The notes under the pieces: model-generated
Seen by the model: only the letters and a program-made list of their open reading frames with translations
The model's database searches: none
Told to the model about the DNA's origin: nothing
Position numbers and translations under genes: made by a program
In this document: one piece after another, positions 39,319 to 47,279 of the stretch
How the letters are laid out: each line of letters opens with the position of its first letter
How positions within the stretch are numbered: the stretch's first letter is position 1
Source of the DNA: Bacteroidia bacterium
GTDB taxonomy: Bacteria > Bacteroidota > Bacteroidia > M30B66
Assembly: GCA_965279035.1 (NCBI GenBank)
Contig: OZ257142.1
Coordinates: 64,001 to 128,000 of the forward strand
DNA length: 64,000 nucleotides
Reading direction: 5' to 3'

Positions 39319-39654
39319 CTAATACAACACGGCCTTTTTCGCATTACTCTTCCAGCCTGCCTGACTTTCATATTCGACAAAGAAGACTTTCAAATCGGCT
39401 TGGCTTTCGTAATTGACAAAGAAGATCTTTTTCTTCGCCTGACTTTCATACTGAGTGAAAAACCATTTGCCATTATTATCACCAGCTTGTGATTCGTACT
39501 TGACTTTATAAACCAGCAAATCGGCTTGTGATTCGTATTTCACTACAAATACCTTGACTTGCGCTTGTGATTCGTAAGCAACTGAAAACACTTTTTGAGC
39601 TTTGACATGTGGCTGAAAACACGCAAAGAGTATGAAAATTAGAAAGTAGCGCAT
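39319..39654 (-). CDS. DUF6150-like small secreted repeat protein
   Basis: Signal peptide; six YESQA repeats. Confidence 0.75.
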   Translation of the reverse strand: MRYFLIFILFACFQPHVKAQKVFSVAYESQAQVKVFVVKYESQADLLVYKVKYESQAGDNNGKWFFTQYESQAKKKIFFVNYESQADLKVFFVEYESQAGWKSNAKKAVLY

Positions 39655-39752
39655 GGATAAATTGAAAGAACGAATGTAAGTAGGAAATAGATACACTCAC
39701 TTATATTTGTATAGAATATATATAATTGACATACAGTGTAATATAGGGTTAT

Positions 39753-39787
39753 TATGAAATTTTGCAATTAAATTGCAAATTTTCATA
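39753..39787. promoter_or_regulatory. Near-perfect 35-bp palindrome (candidate operator) abutting the -7 element TATATTTG (39788-39795) of the AAA ATPase gene
   Basis: tatgaaattttgcaatt-a-aattgcaaattttcata, one mismatch. Confidence 0.55.
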
Positions 39788-39799
39788 TATATTTGTTGA

Positions 39800-40966
39800 A
39801 TGTTTAAAAGACAGCTAGTTACAAAGCTAAATCGATTGGCAATCCAATTCCCTGTTTTGGCCATTACTGGTTCTAGGCAGATAGGAAAAAGTACACTAGC
39901 TCGCATATATGCAGAAGCAGTTGGAAAAGAAATGGTGTTTTATGACTTAGAAAATCCTTCGGACCAATTTGCTCTTGAAAGCCAAACAACTTCTTTACTA
40001 GAAAGTCATTCGAAACAATTGGTGGTCATTGATGAGGTGCAACGATTGAAATCGCTTTTCCCTGTTATCCGGTATTTGGTGGATAAAGATCGCACTCCAC
40101 TTCGATTTTTATTGCTCGGATCAGCTTCACCTGAATTAATTCGAGATAGTTCGGAATCATTAGCTGGAAGAGTCGCATTTGCTGAGCTCAGTGGTTTATT
40201 GCCTGTTGAAGTTGGTATGAATAATTGGGACCGTTTATGGTTTCGAGGAGGATATCCATTGGCTTATTTGCAAGAGGATGATTTCTTGAGAAAAGATTGG
40301 TTAGAGAACTACATCAACACGTATGTCCAGCGAGATTTACCCATGTTGGGAATGCCAGCAGAACCGGGTGTAACGCTTCGATTGATGTTTATGTTGGCTC
40401 ATGTTAACGGACAAATACTCAACATGAGTAACATCGCTCGATCGTTAGGATTGAGTGTAAATACCGTAAAGACCTATTTGTACTTTCTCGAAAATGCGGG
40501 AATTATTCGACTATTGCAACCTTGGTTTGTTAATTCGGGAAAACGATTGGTGAAAAATCCTAAACTCTATTTTCGAGATAGTGGATTGTTGCACTATTTG
40601 TTGGGCATACGAACTCGACAAGATTTGAGTCGTCATCCGGGATGTGGTGCTTCGTTCGAAGGATTCATAATTGAAAAAACGATTTCGGATACACGTTTAA
40701 ATAACCAAGCTTATTTCTATGCTGAGCACAGTGGTGGAGAAATTGACTTGTTATTAGTGGATGGATTGGAGGTGAAACAAACTTTAGAAATAAAGCTGGG
40801 CGGACTTAGTAATTTGCGCAAGCCTGCACGTTTACTTCATAGTAGTTTTATTAGTGCTATGCATATATTGGTAAGTGGTTCGGCTGATAAAGATTTGACT
40901 TTAAATCACGAATTGCAACTCGTAACAGTAGTCAATTATTTTGATAAGATTCTAGCAGATACTTAA
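39800..40966 (+). CDS. AAA+ ATPase with DUF4143 C-terminal domain
   Basis: GSRQIGKST, IDEVQR, LLGSAS, ESLAGR, KNPKLYFRDSGL, EIDLL...LEIK. Confidence 0.88.
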   Translation: MFKRQLVTKLNRLAIQFPVLAITGSRQIGKSTLARIYAEAVGKEMVFYDLENPSDQFALESQTTSLLESHSKQLVVIDEVQRLKSLFPVIRYLVDKDRTPLRFLLLGSASPELIRDSSESLAGRVAFAELSGLLPVEVGMNNWDRLWFRGGYPLAYLQEDDFLRKDWLENYINTYVQRDLPMLGMPAEPGVTLRLMFMLAHVNGQILNMSNIARSLGLSVNTVKTYLYFLENAGIIRLLQPWFVNSGKRLVKNPKLYFRDSGLLHYLLGIRTRQDLSRHPGCGASFEGFIIEKTISDTRLNNQAYFYAEHSGGEIDLLLVDGLEVKQTLEIKLGGLSNLRKPARLLHSSFISAMHILVSGSADKDLTLNHELQLVTVVNYFDKILADT

Positions 40967-40968
40967 TA

Positions 40969-41235
40969 TTAATTTTTCTTGCGTATATACTTGCCCTTAC
41001 GATGATAATAGGATTTTGATTGTTGCTGTCTTTTGAACGCGTTTTTATCGGTGCTTACTGATTTTCGAAAATGCCCCTTCCTAAATTTTCCTGATCGCGT
41101 AATACTTGGTTTTACATACGAAGATTTCCTAGTATGGATTGGTGATGTCTTCCCCATACTAGCTATGATTGCTCCTAGCCCTATACAGATCATTATTAAA
41201 TAAAAAATAAAGTTCCCAATTGCATTTTTTCTCAT
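40969..41235 (-). CDS. Small highly basic hypothetical protein with an N-terminal hydrophobic segment
   Basis: 88-aa ORF; YVKPSITRSGKFRKGHFRK. Confidence 0.55.
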   Translation of the reverse strand: MRKNAIGNFIFYLIMICIGLGAIIASMGKTSPIHTRKSSYVKPSITRSGKFRKGHFRKSVSTDKNAFKRQQQSKSYYHRKGKYIRKKN

Positions 41236-41420
41236 AGAGCAGAAATGATAGTTATTGGGGTTTTTCTAATTCAAAACCTAAATCAAATGACGTGAAATCG
41301 GTACATTCGTCAACCCTAAAAATCAAAATTCAACCAATTTAACAATTTCATTTTATTCAATTCGTAACTGTCAATTATTTACGAAATCTGAATATTAAAT
41401 GGTTATTTTGAATTTAATTT

Positions 41421-42263
41421 ATGCAAACGAATATACTAATAACAGGAGCTTCTGGTTTTTTAGCAAGCGCCTTACATTCATTACTCTCTAAAAATCCAGA
41501 ATTTCGTTTGTATGGTATTAGCCGTCAAAATTCATCGCTCATTAAAGGCTATTCACAAGTATTTAAAACCATTGACGAATTAATTGAATCGGATATAGTT
41601 CTCGAACATATTTATTTTTTATCAGGACATATTCCTTATGGTGCTTATAACCAACCCGATTCTACTTTATTTGAAGCAAATGCAGAGCAGGCTTATAAAT
41701 TGAGCGTGGCATTTCCTAAAGCACGAATTGTTTATGCTTCTAGTATTGCTGTTTATGGAACTCCGTTATCTCTTCCAATTTCAGAAAACAGTCCATTCAA
41801 TAATCCAACACTTTATGGATTATCTAAATTAGCAGGTGAATTAGCAGTGAAAACATCTGCATCCTATGCTATACTTCGTTTTAGCTCACTCATTGGAAAA
41901 GGGATGAAGCCTATTACCATTTTCCCTAAAATGATAGTAGAAGCTAAATCAACGAAGAAAATTCAGGTTTATGGCGATGGCAGCCGGTTGCAGTCCTATT
42001 TGGATGTAAATGATGCTGCTAAAATGTGCTTGTGTGCAATGAATTCAACTGAAAATTTTGTTGCATTAGGAGTTGGAAAAAACTCGCTTCAAAACAAGGA
42101 ATTAGCTGAAATTATTGCTCGCAAAACCAATGCTGAGGTTTCATTTATTGGCTCAGATACAAGTCCATCATTTCAATTTGATGCTTCCTTATCTTGGCAA
42201 TTGCTTAATTTCACACCCGAAATTTCAATTGAAACATCCATCGAACACTTTATAAATTCCTAA
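41421..42263 (+). CDS. NAD-dependent epimerase/dehydratase (extended SDR)
   Basis: ITGASGFLA, ASSIAVYG, YGLSK, YGDGSRLQSY. Confidence 0.88.
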   Translation: MQTNILITGASGFLASALHSLLSKNPEFRLYGISRQNSSLIKGYSQVFKTIDELIESDIVLEHIYFLSGHIPYGAYNQPDSTLFEANAEQAYKLSVAFPKARIVYASSIAVYGTPLSLPISENSPFNNPTLYGLSKLAGELAVKTSASYAILRFSSLIGKGMKPITIFPKMIVEAKSTKKIQVYGDGSRLQSYLDVNDAAKMCLCAMNSTENFVALGVGKNSLQNKELAEIIARKTNAEVSFIGSDTSPSFQFDASLSWQLLNFTPEISIETSIEHFINS

Positions 42264-43229
42264 ATGAAAAGAATTCTTGTAACTGGTATTGGCGGTGTTG
42301 TGGGGCAAGGAATTTTAAGAAATATTCGATCAGCATATCACGATATTTATTTGGTTGGAACCAATGTAACAGCAATATCTTCAGGGAATTTCTATTGCGA
42401 TAAAGTCTTTAAAGTGCCCTTCTCTTATGAAGATTCTTTTAGAACAGAAATACGTAAAATTGTTCTCGATGAGAAAATCGATTTGATTATTCCGAGTACA
42501 GATTATGAATCATATTATTTGGGTTTATATCAGTCGGATTTCTCTTGCCCTGTTGCTTGTTCACCTCCCGAAGTCACTGCAATGTGTCTTGATAAATTTA
42601 AAACCTATCAAGCATTTGTTGAGAAATCAATTCCATTTGCAGGTTCATTAATCCCTGCAGAATATCAAAATCAATTTGATAAAACATTAGTCAAACCAAG
42701 AGAAGGAAGAGGCTCACGCAATATTTTCTATAATCCTGAACATCCCGAAAAATTTGATGAAACTTATGTTGTTCAAGAATTATTAGAAGGTCCTGAAATA
42801 ACTACTACGTTTTATGTAGATAAAAATGGCGCATTGCTAGGTATGATCACCTTTAAACGTGAGCTAGAAATGGGAAATACCACACGATGTGAAGTTGTTT
42901 CAGAATACGACTTAGAATTGGAACCGCTGATTCGAAAAATGATTGCAGCATTTCCCTTCAAAGGTTCCTGCAATGTTCAGTCGATAGTGACATCCAAGGG
43001 AATTATTCCTTTCGAAATTAATTGTAGAATATCAGGTACAAATTCGGTGCGCTCACAATTTGGATTTCCAGATGTGAAATTTACGATTGATGAATTGGTG
43101 TTTGATTTAAATTTAGAAAAGCCCCAAATCACTGAAGGATGCGTGATGCGGATTATTTTAGATGCTGTTTTCCCCAATAAAAAGTTGAGTGAAATAACAA
43201 ACGCTGATCATGATTTCTATATTTATTAA
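42264..43229 (+). CDS. ATP-grasp ligase (PylC/CarB-like)
   Basis: DKFKTY, VKPREGRGSRN, VVQELLEGPE, FEINCRISG. Confidence 0.85.
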   Translation: MKRILVTGIGGVVGQGILRNIRSAYHDIYLVGTNVTAISSGNFYCDKVFKVPFSYEDSFRTEIRKIVLDEKIDLIIPSTDYESYYLGLYQSDFSCPVACSPPEVTAMCLDKFKTYQAFVEKSIPFAGSLIPAEYQNQFDKTLVKPREGRGSRNIFYNPEHPEKFDETYVVQELLEGPEITTTFYVDKNGALLGMITFKRELEMGNTTRCEVVSEYDLELEPLIRKMIAAFPFKGSCNVQSIVTSKGIIPFEINCRISGTNSVRSQFGFPDVKFTIDELVFDLNLEKPQITEGCVMRIILDAVFPNKKLSEITNADHDFYIY

Positions 43230-43232
43230 AAC

Positions 43233-43871
43233 ATGATAAAAGCTGTTTTTTTTGATGTTGCCAATACTCTTCTGCAAAAGCCTGCATTTCTTCTTTCTGT
43301 AGCAAAAGTTCTTGACGAAAATGGAATAAAATGTTCGCTGGAAGAATTGGAATTAAAACATAAAATTGTTTCAGAGATATCTATTTTCCCCGATAAAACC
43401 AGCAAAGATTTTTATCATCAATACAATGCAGATTTCTTTATGTCGCTAGGTATTCTTCCGACAGAGAAATTATTGGATGATGTTTTTAAAGCATGTTCCT
43501 ATTTGCCGTGGATGCCTTTTGAGGACACGGAAATTCTTCAATCGCTTAATTTACCAATGGGAATTCTATCGAATTGGGATGGCTCATTAAAAGATAAATT
43601 AACTCAATATTTTCCTGTTCAATTTCATTGGGTAATTGGTTCTTTTGATTCTGGAATTCGTAAACCCGAACTTGGATTTTATCAACAAGCAATTGATCTA
43701 ACAGGATATCTTCCCGAAGAAATTGTTTATGTTGGTGACTCCATTCGCTTGGATATTCTCCCTGCTAAAAAATTAGGAATGAAAGCCATATTAATTGATA
43801 GAGCTGGTGTTTATCCTTTTTCTGATGTTGAGAGGATTTATAATTTATCTGAAATTACTCGGTATTTATGA
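43233..43871 (+). CDS. HAD-family hydrolase
   Basis: FFDVANTL, LSNWD, RKPE, VGDSIRLD. Confidence 0.88.
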   Translation: MIKAVFFDVANTLLQKPAFLLSVAKVLDENGIKCSLEELELKHKIVSEISIFPDKTSKDFYHQYNADFFMSLGILPTEKLLDDVFKACSYLPWMPFEDTEILQSLNLPMGILSNWDGSLKDKLTQYFPVQFHWVIGSFDSGIRKPELGFYQQAIDLTGYLPEEIVYVGDSIRLDILPAKKLGMKAILIDRAGVYPFSDVERIYNLSEITRYL

Positions 43872-44512
43872 TGCGATTAGCCATTATTGGAGCTGGTGAT
43901 TTAGGTGTTCAAGTTGCTTGGCATGCTTCTCAAACGGGAGAATTTAATGTTTGTGGATTCTTTGATGATGTAAAACAACCAGGTGAAATCGTTGAAGGAA
44001 TTCCAGTTTTAGGTCCATCCAATTCCATTGAAACTTTTTATAAATCGGGGCAATTTGATTGTTTGTTTATCGCCATTGGATATAAACACATGGCATTTCG
44101 CGAACGTTTGTTTGAGCAGTATGTTGGAAAAATCCCTTTTGCTACCATCATTCATCCTTCTGCTATAGTCGATTCATCTGCCATTATTGAAGAAGGTTCA
44201 ATTCTATATTCGGGCTGTGTGATTGATATGAATGCACATGTTGGACGAAATGTTTTGTTGAATGTAGGATGTGTCATTGCCCATCATAGTTCTGTAGGTG
44301 ATCATTGTTTTTTTTCGCCTTCGGTGAGTTTGGCGGGATTTATTCAAGTTGGACCAAAGGTTAATTTAGGAATTGGGACTTTGGTCATTGATAATATTCA
44401 ACTTTGCGAAGGAACTAAAACGGGAGCAGGAGCTGTTGTAATTTCATCAACTACAGAGCCTGGTTTGTATGTGGGAATTCCTGCAAAAAAAATTAAGAAC
44501 CTCGAACCATGA
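43868..44512 (+). CDS. Sugar acetyltransferase, NeuD/PglD/VioB family
   Basis: IIGAG, FFDD, IIHPSA, hexapeptide repeats, VGIPAK. Confidence 0.88.
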   Translation: MMRLAIIGAGDLGVQVAWHASQTGEFNVCGFFDDVKQPGEIVEGIPVLGPSNSIETFYKSGQFDCLFIAIGYKHMAFRERLFEQYVGKIPFATIIHPSAIVDSSAIIEEGSILYSGCVIDMNAHVGRNVLLNVGCVIAHHSSVGDHCFFSPSVSLAGFIQVGPKVNLGIGTLVIDNIQLCEGTKTGAGAVVISSTTEPGLYVGIPAKKIKNLEP

Positions 44513-45456
44513 GCACTATAAAAAAATTATCCCTCGTTGTTCCAGTCTATTTTGAAGAAGATTGTATTGATCAATTTCTGAAAGAAACAGCGTTTGAGCT
44601 CGAAAAACTACATATCGATTATGAGTATGTATTTGTTGATGATGGTAGTAAAGACCGAACCACCGAAATCATTCGAAATTATGCTCAAGAAAATCCTAGA
44701 ATAAAACTGGTTGAGTTCTCCTATAATCATGGAAAACAAGCAGCAGTAACTGCCGGAATTGCATACTCTACTGGAGATTATTTGCTTTATATGGATCCGG
44801 ATTTACAAGATCCGCCCGATGAAATTGTACGCTTTGTTGCCGAAATTGAAAAGGGATATGATCTCGTTTTTGGAATCAGAAAAGAGAAAAAAGATTCCTG
44901 GATTAATACCCAAATGTCGCGCTTGTTTTGGTACACACTTGAACGATTTACAGGTTTAAATATTCCTCCAGGACTTGCCGTAATGCGGATTTTCAACCGA
45001 AAATTTGCCGATCAATTTCTCCTATATGGCGAGAAAAATAGATTTATTGAAGGTATTTTCATGCATATTGGAATGAGGTGGACAACCATAGAAATTCACC
45101 AACGTGAACGCTTTGCCGGTGTTTCGAAATTCAATTTTAAACGTAAAATGCAGCTTGCCTTTAATGCTATTCTCGATTATTCGGAATTGCCTTTAAAAAT
45201 TGCTGTTCGCCTTGGATTTATTCTATCATTAATCGGGTTCTTATCGGTTATAACCATCATTTTCTTAAAGCTGTTTGTTTTTGATTTCCAAGCGGGTTGG
45301 CCTTCGGTTTTCAGCCTGTTTTTGATGGGATTTGGTTTTCAACTTTTCTTTATTGGTATTGCTGCATTGTACGTTGGGAAAATTTACAAAGAGGTTAAAA
45401 ACAGACCTTTGTTTTCGGTGAAACGCTTGACGAATATTGAATCAGATCCGGTTTAA
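44509..45456 (+). CDS. GT2 polyprenyl-phosphate glycosyltransferase (GtrB/ArnC-like)
   Basis: VVPVYFEE, VDDGSKD, NHGKQAA, MDPDLQDPP, two C-terminal TM helices, KIYKEVKNRP. Confidence 0.88.
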   Translation: MSTIKKLSLVVPVYFEEDCIDQFLKETAFELEKLHIDYEYVFVDDGSKDRTTEIIRNYAQENPRIKLVEFSYNHGKQAAVTAGIAYSTGDYLLYMDPDLQDPPDEIVRFVAEIEKGYDLVFGIRKEKKDSWINTQMSRLFWYTLERFTGLNIPPGLAVMRIFNRKFADQFLLYGEKNRFIEGIFMHIGMRWTTIEIHQRERFAGVSKFNFKRKMQLAFNAILDYSELPLKIAVRLGFILSLIGFLSVITIIFLKLFVFDFQAGWPSVFSLFLMGFGFQLFFIGIAALYVGKIYKEVKNRPLFSVKRLTNIESDPV

Positions 45457-45618
45457 ATTCGAGCATTTTGAAAAATGAATTGCCTTTTTTTATTGAACTA
45501 GGTGCTTGAATTCTATTGCTATTTGTTTTCTTACAAAATACCTTAGAACTAAATGCCTTTCGTTTTGAAGGATATACTTAATTTGGCTGCGTTTTTATTG
45601 ATTAACCCAGAATAAGGA

Positions 45619-46767
45619 ATGTCTGCAAATACTGAAATTATCTCTTTTAATAAGCCCTATTTATCGGGGAATGAATTAGACTATATCAAGGAAGCAGTGC
45701 TTTCTAAAAAGATTTCGGGTGATGGAATGTTTACGGGAAAATGTCATTCCTTTTTCCAACAACGTTTTGGTTTTCAGAAAACGCTACTCACCACTTCCTG
45801 CACTGATGCTCTCGAAATGGCTGCTATTCTTTTGAATATTGAGCCGGGTGATGAAGTGATTGCTCCTTCGTATACGTTCGTATCGACAGTGAACGCATTT
45901 ATACTTCGTGGGGCTAAAATCTTTTTTTGTGATAGTTCGGAGCAATCGCCCAATATGGATGAAACGCTTATCGAATCCTTAATTACTCCTCGCACCAAAG
46001 TGATTATTCCTGTGCATTATGCAGGTATTGCTTGTAATATGGATCCGATTCTAGAATTAGCTAAGAAACACGGAATTGCCGTTGTGGAAGATGCTGCTCA
46101 AGCCATTGATTCATACTACAAAGGAAAAGCATTGGGAAGTTTAGGTGCGCTTTCGGCATTTTCGTTTCATGAAACAAAAAACATTATTTCCGGCGAAGGT
46201 GGAATGCTCGTGATTAATGACTCGAAATTCAACGGTCGTGCTGAAATAATTCGTGAAAAAGGAACTAACCGTTCGGCATTTTTTAGGGGCGAAGTGGATA
46301 AGTATAATTGGGTGGATATGGGTTCGTCCTTTTTGCCATCCGACATTATTGCTGCGTTCCTATTTGCTCAGTTAGAAAACTTGGAACTCATTCAAGCAAA
46401 ACGAAAATCAATTTGGGAATTCTATCATCAGTCGTTTAAAACATTGCAAGATGAAGGCAAATTGAAAATGCCTTTTATTCCCGATTATGCTACAAATAAT
46501 GCACACATGTTTTATTTGGAATGCCGAACAATTGAGGAACGTACAGCTTTGATTACTCATTTAAAGAAAGAAGGAATTTATGCTGTATTCCATTATCTTT
46601 CTTTACATAAAAGCGACTTTTACAGAAATCGTCACGATGGGCGTGAGTTAATTTGGTCGGATCATTATTCTGACTGCTTGCTCCGTTTGCCTTTTTATTT
46701 TGAATTATCTGATAGCGATTTAGCTCGTATTTCGAATTCAATCCTTTCTTTTTATAAGCAACACTGA
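45619..46767 (+). CDS. rffA: dTDP-4-amino-4,6-dideoxygalactose transaminase (WecE/RffA)
   Basis: LTTSCTDALEM, EDAAQ, FSFHETKNIISGEGG, REKGTNR, FHYLSLH. Confidence 0.9.
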   Translation: MSANTEIISFNKPYLSGNELDYIKEAVLSKKISGDGMFTGKCHSFFQQRFGFQKTLLTTSCTDALEMAAILLNIEPGDEVIAPSYTFVSTVNAFILRGAKIFFCDSSEQSPNMDETLIESLITPRTKVIIPVHYAGIACNMDPILELAKKHGIAVVEDAAQAIDSYYKGKALGSLGALSAFSFHETKNIISGEGGMLVINDSKFNGRAEIIREKGTNRSAFFRGEVDKYNWVDMGSSFLPSDIIAAFLFAQLENLELIQAKRKSIWEFYHQSFKTLQDEGKLKMPFIPDYATNNAHMFYLECRTIEERTALITHLKKEGIYAVFHYLSLHKSDFYRNRHDGRELIWSDHYSDCLLRLPFYFELSDSDLARISNSILSFYKQH

Positions 46768-46769
46768 TT

Positions 46770-47135
46770 ATGGGTTATCTCTATATTTTTCTCACAATAG
46801 CATTTACCGTTTACGGACAGCTCGTTTTAAAATGGCGAATGAATATGAAAGGACAAATGCCTGAAGCATTGTCGGATAAATTTCAATTCATGTTGCATGC
46901 TTACCTCGATCCTTGGATTATTTCGGGATTTGTGATCGCCTTTATGGCCAGTATAACGTGGTCGATGGCAATGACGAAATTCCAGCTTTCGCAGGCGTAT
47001 CCGTTTATGAGCTTGTCGTTTGTGCTGGTTTTTATACTGAGTGCTTTGTTTTTTAACGAACAAATGACTTCATACAAGATTATTGGAAGCGCGCTGATTG
47101 TATTGGGAATATTTGTCATTGCTCGATCTAAATAA
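46770..47135 (+). CDS. EamA/SMR-like small membrane protein (ArnE/ArnF-like flippase)
   Basis: Four TM helices; GQLVLK, LSQAYPFMSL, FFNE. Confidence 0.8.
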   Translation: MGYLYIFLTIAFTVYGQLVLKWRMNMKGQMPEALSDKFQFMLHAYLDPWIISGFVIAFMASITWSMAMTKFQLSQAYPFMSLSFVLVFILSALFFNEQMTSYKIIGSALIVLGIFVIARSK

Positions 47136-47178
47136 GAAGATTGAGCTTAGATGACATTCTATATTATACAAGAATGCC

Positions 47179-47272
47179 TGCGTGATGGATTGAAAGGGGT
47201 GAAGCGTGCTTGCACCGGAGCGATAGCGCAGCCCTGCAAAGCCAGACCCGAAGCTTGCGTAGGGGCACGCCC
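47179..47272 (-). ncRNA. Flavo-1-like structured RNA/repeat element
   Basis: Minus strand GGGCGTGCCCCT...CGGGTCTGGCT...ATCCATCACGCA resembles the remembered Flavo-1 consensus; terminal GCGTG/CACGC stem. Confidence 0.6.
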
Positions 47273-47279
47273 AAAAAAC

